In this document: in pieces, positions 27,392-37,524 of the stretch
Layout: each line of letters begins with the position of its first letter
How positions within the stretch are numbered: position 1 is the first letter of the stretch
Assembly (NCBI GenBank): GCA_022701545.1
Contig: JAKOOG010000235.1
Span: 1 to 49,900, forward strand
Length of the DNA: 49,900 bases
Source: Weeksellaceae bacterium
Lineage (GTDB): Bacteria > Bacteroidota > Bacteroidia > Flavobacteriales > Weeksellaceae
Direction: 5' to 3'
Notes under the pieces: model-generated
The model's input: the letters and a program-made list of their open reading frames with translations, nothing else
Told to the model about the DNA's origin: nothing
Database searches by the model: none
Made by a program: the position numbers and the translations under genes

Positions 27392-29008
27392 ATGGCAGAA
27401 GTAATTACAATGCCACGTCTTTCCGATACAATGACGGAAGGAAAAGTGGCTAAATGGCATAAAAAAGTAGGTGATAAGGTAAAGGAAGGTGATATTTTAG
27501 CTGAAATTGAAACCGACAAAGCCGTTCAGGATTTTGAATCTGAAGTAGAAGGAACCCTTCTGTATATAGGGGTTGAAGAAGGCGGTGCCGCTGCAGTAGA
27601 TTCTGTATTGGCCATTATCGGAAACGAAGGAGAGGATATTTCCGGATTAACCGGTGGTGAAGCTCCTGAATCCACTGATTCTGAGGAAAAAAAATCTGAG
27701 GAAGACCATAAAACCGAAAATAATGCAACAAGCATAGAACAGGCCGATGCCGAAGTTCCTGCGGGAGTGGAAATGATTACCATGCCGAGACTTTCCGATA
27801 CGATGACGGAAGGAAAGGTGGCGAAGTGGCACAAAAATGTAGGCGATACCGTAAAAGAAGGAGATCTTCTTGCGGAAATTGAAACGGATAAAGCCGTTCA
27901 GGACTTTGAATCCGAATTCAACGGCGTATTGCTGAAGCAGGGTGTTGAAGAGGGCGGTGCTGCTCCGGTTGATTCTGTTTTAGCGATTATCGGGCCGGAA
28001 GGAACCGATGTTTCCGCCGTAGGTGCTCCGAAGGCAGCAGGTGTATCTTCAGAAAAACAGGCCGAACAAAAATCTGAACCGAAAAAAGAAGAAGAAAAAG
28101 CGGCTCCTGCAGCTGAAGCTTCCTCTTCAGACCGGGTTGCGATTTCTCCGCTGGCTAAAAAAATGGCTCAGGATAAGGGAGTTGACATCAACAGCATCCA
28201 GGGTTCAGGCGAAAACGGAAGAATCGTTAAGAAAGATATCGAAAACTATCAACCTGCTGCGAAAACGGCGGCTTCGGCTTCAGCGGCAAGTCCTGCTGCT
28301 GCCCAAGTGGCATTAAGCTTTGTACAGGGTGAAGATACCGAGTCTCAGAACTCTCAGGTAAGAAATATCATTGCGAAACGTCTTTCCGAAAGTAAATTCT
28401 CCGCGCCTCACTACTATTTAATGGTAGAAATCAATATGGATAAAGCCATTGAGGCAAGAAAGGAAATCAATTCTTTACCGGATACCAAAATTTCCTTCAA
28501 CGATATGATCATCAAGGCAACGGCGGTTGCCCTGAGAAAACATCCGCAGGTGAATTCAAGCTGGGCTGGTGACAAGATCATCCATAGAGGAAATATCAAC
28601 ATCGGCGTAGCAGTGGCGATTCCTGACGGATTGGTGGTTCCTGTACTTAAGAATACCGACCAGATGAACTATACCCAGATTTCTGCAGCGGTGAAAGATA
28701 TGGCCGGAAGAGCGAAAAGCAAAGGTCTTAAAGCCAACGAAATGGAAGGTTCCACGTTCTCGATCTCCAACCTGGGAATGTTCGGGATCGAAACCTTTAC
28801 CAGCATCATCAACCAGCCTAATGCGGCGATCCTTTCCGTAGGAGCTATCATTGAGAAGCCAGTCGTGAAAAACGGACAGATCGTAGTAGGAAACATCATG
28901 AAGCTTTCATTGGCTTGTGATCACAGAGTAGTGGACGGTGCCACAGGTGCCCAGTTCTTACAGACTTTAAAAACATATTTGGAAAGCCCGTTAACTTTGT
29001 TACTGTAA
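27392..29008 (+). CDS. pdhC: Pyruvate dehydrogenase E2 dihydrolipoamide acetyltransferase (two lipoyl domains)
   Basis: Two EIETDKA lipoyl motifs, E3-binding domain, and DHRVVDG catalytic motif. Confidence 0.95.
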   Translation: MAEVITMPRLSDTMTEGKVAKWHKKVGDKVKEGDILAEIETDKAVQDFESEVEGTLLYIGVEEGGAAAVDSVLAIIGNEGEDISGLTGGEAPESTDSEEKKSEEDHKTENNATSIEQADAEVPAGVEMITMPRLSDTMTEGKVAKWHKNVGDTVKEGDLLAEIETDKAVQDFESEFNGVLLKQGVEEGGAAPVDSVLAIIGPEGTDVSAVGAPKAAGVSSEKQAEQKSEPKKEEEKAAPAAEASSSDRVAISPLAKKMAQDKGVDINSIQGSGENGRIVKKDIENYQPAAKTAASASAASPAAAQVALSFVQGEDTESQNSQVRNIIAKRLSESKFSAPHYYLMVEINMDKAIEARKEINSLPDTKISFNDMIIKATAVALRKHPQVNSSWAGDKIIHRGNINIGVAVAIPDGLVVPVLKNTDQMNYTQISAAVKDMAGRAKSKGLKANEMEGSTFSISNLGMFGIETFTSIINQPNAAILSVGAIIEKPVVKNGQIVVGNIMKLSLACDHRVVDGATGAQFLQTLKTYLESPLTLLL

Positions 29009-29034
29009 TTTCTGATTAATGTTTTAAATAATAG

Positions 29035-29067
29035 AAAAAGTTTACCGGAAATCCGGTAAACTTTTTT
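29035..29067 (+). terminator. Intrinsic terminator
   Basis: AAAAAGTTTACCGGA-AA-TCCGGTAAACTTTTTT. Confidence 0.85.
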
Positions 29068-29140
29068 GTTTTTTACTCCTGTTCACTCCTGATTTTGATC
29101 ACCTCATTATACAAAATCGGTAAATCCTTCTTATCTTTAA

Positions 29141-30139
29141 ATGATGAAGACAGGAAAACTGAAAATGGATAAGCAGAATATTTTTCTGCTGTTATTGGTC
29201 ACCATGGTTATCGCCGGCAAAGTAATCCCGTTCCGCGATGGGTATAATCAATATTTCAATCTGTCCGCATTTATCGACTGGGGAATTGCTGCAATCTTCC
29301 TGCTGTACGGATTAAAGCTGAACATCAAAGAAATTGTAAAAGACATATCCAACTGGCAGCTTCACCTCCTCGTACAGTTGGGAACATTTGTACTTTTTCC
29401 TTTGCTGGTTATTCCTTTTTACGGTATTGTAAAGGATTCTGCTTATTTCGTGACCTGGCTTTCGATATTTTTTCTGGCCAGCCTTCCTTCCACGGTATCT
29501 TCTTCTGTGGTGATGGTTTCTATCGCAAAAGGAAATGTTACTTCGGCTATTTTCAATGCATCGATTTCAGGCATTATCGGTATTGTAATGACACCGTTGC
29601 TTATGAGCCTGTTTATTCAGCCGGACCAGGGAAACGTCAATAATTCCGAAATTATCCAACAATTGCTGCTGAAGGTGCTGCTGCCTATTGTTTTGGGCCT
29701 GCTTTTAAATCCGTTATTCAAAAATTTAGTTACAAAATACAGCAAAGTCATTGCAGAATTTGATAAGATGATCATTCTGCTGATCGTTTATGAAAGTTTC
29801 TCCGAAGCTTTTACCCAGAATGTTTTTGCATCGGTTCCGCCTGCGGTGTTTATCATTATTGCCGCCAGCGTCATCATCCTGTTTTTTTCAGTCTATGAAC
29901 TATTAAAACTGATCTCGAAGAAATTACATTTCAAAAGAGAAGACCTCATTACCACGACATTTTGCGGATCTAAAAAATCATTGGTTCACGGAAGCCTTTT
30001 CGTTATGGTACTGGGCATTCCGGAAGATCAGAAAGTATTATTCCTTCTTCCGGTGATGATTTATCACAGTTTTCAATTGTTTTATGTAAGCTGGCTGGCG
30101 AACAGGATCCAGAAAAGTTCACCTCCCAATACAATATAA
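29141..30139 (+). CDS. Bile acid:sodium symporter family (SBF-like/YfeH) transporter
   Basis: LPSTVSSSV...AKGN, FCGSKKSL and YHSFQL motifs. Confidence 0.88.
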   Translation: MMKTGKLKMDKQNIFLLLLVTMVIAGKVIPFRDGYNQYFNLSAFIDWGIAAIFLLYGLKLNIKEIVKDISNWQLHLLVQLGTFVLFPLLVIPFYGIVKDSAYFVTWLSIFFLASLPSTVSSSVVMVSIAKGNVTSAIFNASISGIIGIVMTPLLMSLFIQPDQGNVNNSEIIQQLLLKVLLPIVLGLLLNPLFKNLVTKYSKVIAEFDKMIILLIVYESFSEAFTQNVFASVPPAVFIIIAASVIILFFSVYELLKLISKKLHFKREDLITTTFCGSKKSLVHGSLFVMVLGIPEDQKVLFLLPVMIYHSFQLFYVSWLANRIQKSSPPNTI

Positions 30140-30197
30140 CTTCATAAATCCCGCTTTAGTCCTTTTCAGATTTAAATCAATTCACTATTTTTGAATT

Positions 30198-30866
30198 ATG
30201 ATTAAAGCGAGGAATATCCATAAATTTTATGGGAATTTAGAAGTATTGAAAGGGGTTGATATTCAAATCAAAACAGGTGAAGTCGTATCCATCGTCGGGG
30301 AATCCGGGGCGGGCAAATCCACGCTTCTGCAGATCCTGGGAACCCTGGATCAGCCAACGACTTCCGGTAAGTTTAATACTGAGATTTCCATTGCAGGAGA
30401 ATCCTTTATCAATATGAGTGATAAGCAGCTTTCTAAATTCAGAAACCAGAATATCGGTTTTGTATTTCAGTTTCACCAGCTGCTTCCGGAGTTTACCGCT
30501 TTGGAAAATGTGCTGCTGCCGACCAGAATTGCAGGGGCGAACGAAAAAGAAGCTGTTGAAAAAGCCTATTCGTTATTCGAGGATTTAAAGATTGAACAAC
30601 GGCTTCACCATAAACCCAACCAGCTATCGGGTGGGGAAGCGCAGCGGGTTGCCGTAGCCAGGGCGCTGATCAATTCTCCTAAAATCATTTTTGCCGATGA
30701 GCCGACCGGAAATCTGGATTCCAAAAATGCAGACGATCTTCACCGGCTGTTCTTCGATCTCCGGGATAAATACAACCAGACCTTTGTAATCGTAACACAC
30801 AATCCCAATCTTGCAGAAATCACAGACCGGAAATTAGTGATGAGAGACGGAATGATTATCGAATAA
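30198..30866 (+). CDS. lolD: ABC transporter ATP-binding protein, LolD-like
   Basis: [34 protein letters not shown] and DEPTGNLD motifs. Confidence 0.75.
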   Translation: MIKARNIHKFYGNLEVLKGVDIQIKTGEVVSIVGESGAGKSTLLQILGTLDQPTTSGKFNTEISIAGESFINMSDKQLSKFRNQNIGFVFQFHQLLPEFTALENVLLPTRIAGANEKEAVEKAYSLFEDLKIEQRLHHKPNQLSGGEAQRVAVARALINSPKIIFADEPTGNLDSKNADDLHRLFFDLRDKYNQTFVIVTHNPNLAEITDRKLVMRDGMIIE

Positions 30867-30877
30867 AAACAACACAA

Positions 30878-31459
30878 ATGATGAAACCCTTTCTTTTTTT
30901 TCTTTTATTTTTTATTTCCTGCTCAAAAATTGGATCCCAGGTTTCAGATTCCGGGGATAATCTGCCGGCATCGAAGATTTCGGAGATCAAAAATTTCATT
31001 AAAGGAAAAAATTATAATCAGGACCTGGCGGTGTTTATCAATTTCAGGATTCATTCCGGCAAATACAGGTATTTTCTCTACGATCTGAAAAACAGCAAAA
31101 TACTACAAAAGGCTATTGTTGCGCACGGTGACGGCTCAGTGATTAAGAATTTACCTGCTTTGCGGTTCAGTAATAAGGACGGTTCGCATCAGTCATCTTT
31201 GGGAAAATATGAGATCAAAGAAAGCTATTCCGGGAAATTCGGAAAGGCTTACCGGCTGGATGGCCTGGATGAAACCAACAGCAATGCCCGATCGAGAGCG
31301 ATTGTGCTTCATTCATATGACTCTGTCCCGGACAGAGAATCTTCACAACCGGCCTGTTTAAGTTTCGGCTGTCCCATGCTTTCAAAGAATGCATTTAATG
31401 AAACGGCAAAGTATATCGACCGTTCGCCGAAAACCATTCTATTGTACGCATTTTACTAA
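30878..31459 (+). CDS. Murein L,D-transpeptidase catalytic-domain family lipoprotein (YkuD_2)
   Basis: Lipobox FISC; VAHG, SSLG and AIVLH...SFGCP motifs. Confidence 0.85.
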   Translation: MMKPFLFFLLFFISCSKIGSQVSDSGDNLPASKISEIKNFIKGKNYNQDLAVFINFRIHSGKYRYFLYDLKNSKILQKAIVAHGDGSVIKNLPALRFSNKDGSHQSSLGKYEIKESYSGKFGKAYRLDGLDETNSNARSRAIVLHSYDSVPDRESSQPACLSFGCPMLSKNAFNETAKYIDRSPKTILLYAFY

Positions 31460-31490
31460 ATCATGATTCAAAATTTAATTTTTTACTGCT

Positions 31491-32168
31491 ATGGCCATTA
31501 AATTTCTAGCTGAAGACGACAGACCCAGGGAAAAATTTTTACTGAAAGGAATCAATTCTCTTTCAGATTCCGAATTGCTGGCTATCATCCTGAGAAGCGG
31601 CAGCCGGGAAGAAACGGCCATCGAACTGGCCCGTAAAATCCTGAATTCGGTAAACAACAGCTGGCATCAGCTGAGTCTGCTTTCCGTAAAAGATTTAATG
31701 AAATTCAAAGGAGTAGGCGAGGTGAAGGCCATTGCCGTTGCCACAGCGCTTGAAATCGGCAGGCGGAGAGCAGCCCAGGAGATACCGGAAAAATCATTGA
31801 TTACGAGCAGTAATGACGGGTATCAGATCCTCAGAAAATATTTGTCGGATTTAAGAACCGAAGAATTCTGGGCCATATTCATGAACCAAAGCAACCGGGT
31901 TCTTCATTTTTCGCAGCTTACCCAGGGCGGGATCAATCAGTCGATTGTCGATGTCAGGATTTTATTCAAAACGGCATTGGATCATTATGCCACGGCCATT
32001 ATCATCGCACACAATCATCCTTCCGGAAGTCTCAAGCCCAGTCAGGAAGACCTTGAGATTACCCAGAGAATCAGAGAAGCCGGAAAAATGCTGAATATTC
32101 AGCTTCTTGACCATCTGATTATCACCCAAAACTCCTATTTTAGTTTCTCAGACGACGGATTATTATGA
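31491..32168 (+). CDS. radC: RadC family JAB-domain protein
   Basis: RPREK, LSDSELLA, AHNHPSG..PSQED and LLDHLI motifs. Confidence 0.95.
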   Translation: MAIKFLAEDDRPREKFLLKGINSLSDSELLAIILRSGSREETAIELARKILNSVNNSWHQLSLLSVKDLMKFKGVGEVKAIAVATALEIGRRRAAQEIPEKSLITSSNDGYQILRKYLSDLRTEEFWAIFMNQSNRVLHFSQLTQGGINQSIVDVRILFKTALDHYATAIIIAHNHPSGSLKPSQEDLEITQRIREAGKMLNIQLLDHLIITQNSYFSFSDDGLL

Positions 32169-33031
32169 TTAGAAGATTGAAATATCATGAGATAGATTTC
32201 CATAAATATGCGGCATGTCTTGAAGATTCGGAGCAGAAAAACTGGTACGCGAAGAAAGAAGTGCTGGACCAGCTTTCCGGAAACTGGCATCTTCTGGTAT
32301 ATGAGGATTATCAGGCTGTAATGCCGATCCATATCCAGAAAAAAATGGGAGTCGGCTTCGTACATATGCCTCTATTCTGCCAGCAGCTGGGGGTGTTTTC
32401 AAAAACCGACGATCCCAAAATCAATGAAGCATTCCTGCATTTCCTCAGGAAGAAATACCGGCTTTTTTTGTATTCATTCAATGATCGTAACAGGTTCGAC
32501 GAACCGTTGGAGCAAAGAAAAAATTATATTATTCCGGTTTCGGATTATCCGCTGCTGAGAAGAAAAAAATATTTTAAAGGCAGGAAGTCCACCGTTAAGA
32601 CAGCGCAGCACCTTACGTACAAGGAAATTGATTTTAATCCTGCTTCGCTGGAATTTATTAAAAACAATTTTAAAGGACTGGTGAAAGATGTCGAATGGCA
32701 GCGGCTGAAGACCTATCTTATTTTTCTTGCACAAACAGAAACCCTGAAGCTTTGCGGGGCTTTTTCGAAGGATGTGCTGATTAATCTTGCATTAGTGATT
32801 GCAGACCAAGGGCAGCTTTCTCTTTTGGGATTGGTAAACAGCGAACATCATAAACATGAAAACGGTTCCTCATTTCTGATTGATAAAATTCTGGAGCGGT
32901 ATATAGGTGAAAAGTCATTCAATTTTATGGGCAGCAATATCCGTGGGATCGAAGTTTTTTTTAAAAGTTTTGGCGCAGAACTTCGGGAGTATAGCTTTAT
33001 CGAAAATAAATTCCTGAAAAAATTTTCATAA
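32165..33031 (+). CDS. Hypothetical protein, GNAT/FemAB-like fold likely
   Basis: PLFCQQLG and FNFMGS..GIEVFFKSFGA resemble acetyltransferase-like families; overlaps the radC stop. Confidence 0.6.
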   Translation: MIRRLKYHEIDFHKYAACLEDSEQKNWYAKKEVLDQLSGNWHLLVYEDYQAVMPIHIQKKMGVGFVHMPLFCQQLGVFSKTDDPKINEAFLHFLRKKYRLFLYSFNDRNRFDEPLEQRKNYIIPVSDYPLLRRKKYFKGRKSTVKTAQHLTYKEIDFNPASLEFIKNNFKGLVKDVEWQRLKTYLIFLAQTETLKLCGAFSKDVLINLALVIADQGQLSLLGLVNSEHHKHENGSSFLIDKILERYIGEKSFNFMGSNIRGIEVFFKSFGAELREYSFIENKFLKKFS

Positions 33032-33099
33032 TCGGTTCATTTATTTAGATCCGTTCTAAATATAATTTGTAAATTTATCCTGTATTTTTGCAGTCATTT

Positions 33100-34032
33100 A
33101 TGTTTAAACAGATCCGAAACTATAAGCTTCCTTATATTGTCTATAATTTTTTCAATAAACAAAAGCTTAAACACAATATCCCTTTGTACAAAAGATACGG
33201 AATTCGTAAAAGCTATTTTTCCAGCATCTCAAGTAAAGATTTTGCACATCTTCCGGCCAATGAAAGAAAAGTGAATTATGCTGAGCTTAAACAAACGGAT
33301 TTTTATAAAAATCTTTCTGATGAAAATCGGCAGAGTGTGGAAAATTTTGATGATAAGGGGTATCTGATCTTAAGAAATTACCTGAACAGCGAAACAGCTG
33401 ATAAGATCAACCGTGAGATCGATACGCTGCTTGCCGATGGAACAATTAAATTCCGTTATGGCGGAAAATTGATGTTTGTTATTCATCATTCGGAAATCAT
33501 TAAAAATATCGGCAGTAATAAGGAGTTGCTGGCATTTCTTTCCGTTTTATTGGACGGACAGGCAAAGCTTTTTCAAAGCATCAACTTCATCAACGGAAGT
33601 CAGCAAAAAACACATTCTGACAGCATTCACATGACAACTTATCCTTTAGGGGGGCTTTTAGGGGTATGGATTGCTTTAGAGGATATCGATGAAAACAATG
33701 GGGCGCTTCATTATATCCCTGAGAGCCACAAATTGCCGTATTTCTTAAATTCCGATTACGATAATGAAGGCGATGCTTTTAGAATCGGAAAAAAAAGCTA
33801 TAAGGCTTACGAAGAATTTTTGGAAGGAAAAGTAAAGGAGTTAAACCTGAAAAAAGAAATTTTTACAGCAAAAAAAGGAGATCTTTTAATCTGGCATGCG
33901 AATATTCTGCATGGCGGCGAACCGCACATCGACAAATCGAGAACACGGAAAAGTCTGGTGTACCATTATTTCGATGAGAACAGCGTCTGTTACCATGAAG
34001 TAACGCAGCGGCCGGCGCTTTTTGAATTGTGA
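33100..34032 (+). CDS. Phytanoyl-CoA dioxygenase (PhyH) family Fe(II)/2OG oxygenase
   Basis: HSD, WIALED..ENNGAL..IPESH and KGDLLIWH..ILHGG motifs; ATG follows a TATTTTTG element (33083-33090). Confidence 0.9.
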   Translation: MFKQIRNYKLPYIVYNFFNKQKLKHNIPLYKRYGIRKSYFSSISSKDFAHLPANERKVNYAELKQTDFYKNLSDENRQSVENFDDKGYLILRNYLNSETADKINREIDTLLADGTIKFRYGGKLMFVIHHSEIIKNIGSNKELLAFLSVLLDGQAKLFQSINFINGSQQKTHSDSIHMTTYPLGGLLGVWIALEDIDENNGALHYIPESHKLPYFLNSDYDNEGDAFRIGKKSYKAYEEFLEGKVKELNLKKEIFTAKKGDLLIWHANILHGGEPHIDKSRTRKSLVYHYFDENSVCYHEVTQRPALFEL

Positions 34033-34067
34033 TCCTGATTCTGTCTGATCCTTCATGATAATAAACA

Positions 34068-34100
34068 ATAAAGTCGCTGCCTTACGGAGAGCGACTTTAT
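34068..34100. terminator. Bidirectional terminator
   Basis: ATAAAGTCGCT...AGCGACTTTAT between convergent genes. Confidence 0.75.
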
Positions 34101-34121
34101 CTTATACTAAATCCTGCTTAT

Positions 34122-35951
34122 TTATTGTTTCACAAATTTTTTGTGGTAATGGAATGTAGCATTGCTGTCGGATATATCAATAAAATAAACGCCGTTCAGC
34201 AGGTTTGAAGTATCAATCGAAACGGTGCCTTTTATCGGAAGGTTTTTTTCGAGTACCAATCTGTTGCTCATATCAAAAATTTTAACGGTACTGTTTTTAA
34301 AATCTTTATTTGTCTTGATAAACAGGTTGTCTTTCACGGGAACCGGATAAATGCTGATATCATCATTAATGATCTCCGTAATCTTTGGAGCCTCCTCTTT
34401 TCCGGTCTTTTTCACTAAATCTTCAGATTTGGCCGGACGGAAGTTAAAAACAGTGCAGGTATTCGTGTCATCGATATACAGGTATTGACTCTTTCCTGTT
34501 CCGGGCTCCAGTACGGTATCCGTATCTAAGGTGATGCTTTTCTTTGCTTTAAATTTTACATTGGCATTCTGTGTAAAGCTTTCATTCTGGATCCTGATCG
34601 ATTCCGCCGAACTGGTAAGCTCAAAATCCCATTTCTTGAAGTTTCTGTCTTTTATCAAAACCTCTCCGCCGTTCACAGGATTCATTTGCCAGGCCATTCT
34701 TGTCGCTTTTCCGGCGTCGATTCTTCCGGCACCTAATTTCCCTACGTAAGGCTGGTTCTCAGGAATATTATCCAAATTAGCCGATGTAAGTTTTAGGATA
34801 GATTCTACTTCATCAGGATTCAGGCAGTTGTTTACCGAAAACATTAAAGCGACTACACCTGCTACCTGTGGTGCAGCTATTGAGGTTCCCCATGCTCCTC
34901 CATAAGAACTATCGGTGTCTGCCAATGCGCCCAGAACATTGACGCCGGGCGCCCGTAAATCCACCATATCATTATGCTGATGGGTAGTATTTGGATCTCC
35001 GATGATTTCTTCAACCCGGTCCTCCCAAGAATACGGCAGGTTATTGTAGGTATATCCTACATCAAAATAACCGACGCTGGAGACACTTACCACATGATTA
35101 TAACTTGCAGGATACACATAATTATCCGGTCCCCCGCAAGTGCCGCCATTGCCTGCAGCCACTACAATCACGGTTCCGTTGTCATGTATTTCGTCGATAA
35201 CGAGCTGATCGATGGCGCTATAGCTGCATGAGTTATACCAGCTTGCATTTACTACACGGGCCCCTTTCTGCGATAAAGCCAGTAATGTATTCATCATGCT
35301 GCCGTCATACATCCACTTAAATAAAATCCGGGAATTGAATCCTGTGCCGGGAATTCCTCTGTTGTTATCTGTATTGGCTGCTGCCTGGCTGGAAACAGCT
35401 GTTCCGTGAAAATCCGGAGTCATTGAACCGCTGGTAAGACTGGTTACTTTTCCGTAAAGATCTTCATGAGTCAGCCTGATCGGGGTATCGCTTATACCTA
35501 TTTTAAAATTAGGATCTCCGTGTGTGTAATCCCAGGCTTCCTTCACATTTATTAGTTCCAGGCTCTTTATGGGGTTCGAACTTCCGGGAGGAGAATAATA
35601 ATCGTTCGGCGTATACAGTAAACCGGGTTTCAGCGTTTCTTCCACCAAAGGAAAATATGCGGAATAATTTTTCAGCTCTTCTGCAATCCCATCTTTTTCT
35701 GCTTCCAATAAATAAATGGTTTGCAGATAGGGCGTCTTTGAAGTGGGGAATGCCTTTTCAAAAGAATGGACATTATATTTCGAAAAAATTTTCGTCACGC
35801 CTTCATCAGGATGCGTCACGGCAATTTTGCCATGAATCTCAGTTATTTTCGGGGCATTATTTTCATCTGAAACCTGAATATAATAAAGTTTATTCTGACC
35901 ATATGAAAAGATGCCTGCCAATAATAACAGCGGAAATATTTTACTTTTCAT
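34122..35951 (-). CDS. S8 (subtilisin-like) serine peptidase with T9SS type A C-terminal domain
   Basis: Signal peptide; IGISD, HGTAV, AAGN and GTSIAAP catalytic motifs; IYPVP...GVYFI..KKFVKQ CTD. Confidence 0.92.
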   Translation of the reverse strand: MKSKIFPLLLLAGIFSYGQNKLYYIQVSDENNAPKITEIHGKIAVTHPDEGVTKIFSKYNVHSFEKAFPTSKTPYLQTIYLLEAEKDGIAEELKNYSAYFPLVEETLKPGLLYTPNDYYSPPGSSNPIKSLELINVKEAWDYTHGDPNFKIGISDTPIRLTHEDLYGKVTSLTSGSMTPDFHGTAVSSQAAANTDNNRGIPGTGFNSRILFKWMYDGSMMNTLLALSQKGARVVNASWYNSCSYSAIDQLVIDEIHDNGTVIVVAAGNGGTCGGPDNYVYPASYNHVVSVSSVGYFDVGYTYNNLPYSWEDRVEEIIGDPNTTHQHNDMVDLRAPGVNVLGALADTDSSYGGAWGTSIAAPQVAGVVALMFSVNNCLNPDEVESILKLTSANLDNIPENQPYVGKLGAGRIDAGKATRMAWQMNPVNGGEVLIKDRNFKKWDFELTSSAESIRIQNESFTQNANVKFKAKKSITLDTDTVLEPGTGKSQYLYIDDTNTCTVFNFRPAKSEDLVKKTGKEEAPKITEIINDDISIYPVPVKDNLFIKTNKDFKNSTVKIFDMSNRLVLEKNLPIKGTVSIDTSNLLNGVYFIDISDSNATFHYHKKFVKQ

Positions 35952-36753
35952 TTGAGTATACCTTATTTTTAAGTTCTTGAATTTCTTTTTGTTGTTGAAT
36001 TACATACAGGGTCAGTTCTTCTACTTTTTTCAGCAGAAGTATGTTCATTTCTTTAAGCTCAATGCCTTTTTCGATGGCTTCATCAGTAGAAGGAACCTCC
36101 GGAAGATGCTTGTTCTTTTTGATGTACGTTTCCAGACTGTTTAGGTCCATGAGCTTATAATCGTTTTCAAAAACATAGTCTGCCCAGCCGTTTGAAGCCG
36201 CAACATCCACTTTTACTTTTTCTGTTCTGATGCCTCCTTTTACAAACAATCTGTAATTACTGCAATCGCTGCAGGATCCAAGGGCCATATTAGACCAATC
36301 GATACCGATCAAAACCCTTCCGTTTGCCCTTACAGAAAATTTCGGGGTAGACCAGTCGGTCGGGCTCGATGGCGCGGAAAGAGTTAAAAGCCCGACGTCA
36401 TTATTTTGATAATACTTATGAGAGAGCCACATGATATCACCATCCTGCACCACATTTTGTGCTTCACTGAAAAAATGGAATCCATCTCCTGCAGATTCGG
36501 ATATGTACTCTGTACTTCCGCGCAGATTGATCACCATATTTGGATTCGGAGCCGTTCCTATGCCTATTTGCCCGTTGGAGTTGACCCTCATTCTTTCAAG
36601 GTTATTTGTTTTCAGTACCAAATCCTGATTGTCAGAAGTTCCGAGATAATTTGTACTGGAAGAAGTTCCTGAATTTCCTGTAACATTCCAGGACTGTTGG
36701 GCATAAAGAAAAGTTGTAGCTGCTGTAGCTAATAAGAGAATTGTCTTTTTCAT
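35941..36753 (-). CDS. Secreted tail-fibre-like protein with S74-chaperone-like coiled-coil C-terminus
   Basis: Signal peptide; WNVTGN..YLGT, ERMRVNSNGQIGIGT and WADYVF...HLPEVPS...LLKKVEELTLY motifs. Confidence 0.75.
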   Translation of the reverse strand: MKKTILLLATAATTFLYAQQSWNVTGNSGTSSSTNYLGTSDNQDLVLKTNNLERMRVNSNGQIGIGTAPNPNMVINLRGSTEYISESAGDGFHFFSEAQNVVQDGDIMWLSHKYYQNNDVGLLTLSAPSSPTDWSTPKFSVRANGRVLIGIDWSNMALGSCSDCSNYRLFVKGGIRTEKVKVDVAASNGWADYVFENDYKLMDLNSLETYIKKNKHLPEVPSTDEAIEKGIELKEMNILLLKKVEELTLYVIQQQKEIQELKNKVYSNEK

Positions 36754-36988
36754 GGTTAAAATATAATTTTGTTTTTCTAAAGATAGTGATATATTTCATT
36801 GGACAAGAAATTTTGTATTAATTTTTTTTAACAATAGATTTGATTTCTTAAGCTGAATCAAAGTTCATCTGTGCACTTTTGTATAGTAAATTTATAGAGA
36901 AGCTTAGTCAAGGAAAAGAATTGGCAGACTTGGAAATATTTTTCAATAATAATTTCAGAAATTATCATTAATTTTGCTACCTCAAATT

Positions 36989-37501
36989 ATGACTAGTTTC
37001 TCAGGATATTTACCTTATGCTTTTGCATTGATCATTGCAATCCCTTTTTTGGTTTTGCTCCGGCAATTTGTATTTACATACATTAAACTTAAAGAGCAGG
37101 AAATCAGACTGCTTTCCGTAAAATCAAATTCGGAAAATAAAACGCAGTCCTATGAGCGGATGACTCTGTTCATGGAAAGGCTGAAACCGTCCAACCTGAT
37201 CCAGCGATTCGATAAAGGCCTGGCTGCCCACGAATTTATTTTCCTTACCGAAAAGGCGATCAGTGAAGAATTCGATTACAATGCTTCCCAACAGCTTTAC
37301 ATTACCAAAAGTTCCTGGCAGAATATCGTCGATTCCAAAAATGCAGTAATTGCCTTACTTCATAAAACCTATGATGAGAGTAACGGGAATATCAATCTTG
37401 ATGAGTTCAAAACCATTCTCCTGATGAATTACATGGAAGGGGAAGACTATATTTCCATGACCATCGAAGATTTAAGAAAAGAAATTCTAATATTAGCTTA
37501 A
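36989..37501 (+). CDS. Hypothetical membrane-anchored protein
   Basis: N-terminal TM helix; YERMTLFMER..EFDYNASQQLY; ATG downstream of a TAATTTTG element. Confidence 0.8.
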   Translation: MTSFSGYLPYAFALIIAIPFLVLLRQFVFTYIKLKEQEIRLLSVKSNSENKTQSYERMTLFMERLKPSNLIQRFDKGLAAHEFIFLTEKAISEEFDYNASQQLYITKSSWQNIVDSKNAVIALLHKTYDESNGNINLDEFKTILLMNYMEGEDYISMTIEDLRKEILILA

Positions 37502-37524
37502 CTAAAAAATAAAAATTTAAATAA

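Noticed and set aside
26283-29008. pdhA-pdhC without pdhB or lpdA; internal DNA repeat in pdhC
   Set aside because: Split PDH loci are ordinary in Bacteroidota, and the repeat is the duplicated lipoyl domain
31491-32168. radC as a marker of an integrative element
   Set aside because: Full-length chromosomal type among core genes; no integrase or att sites seen
35941-36753. Prophage remnant
   Set aside because: Has a Sec signal peptide and no other phage genes nearby
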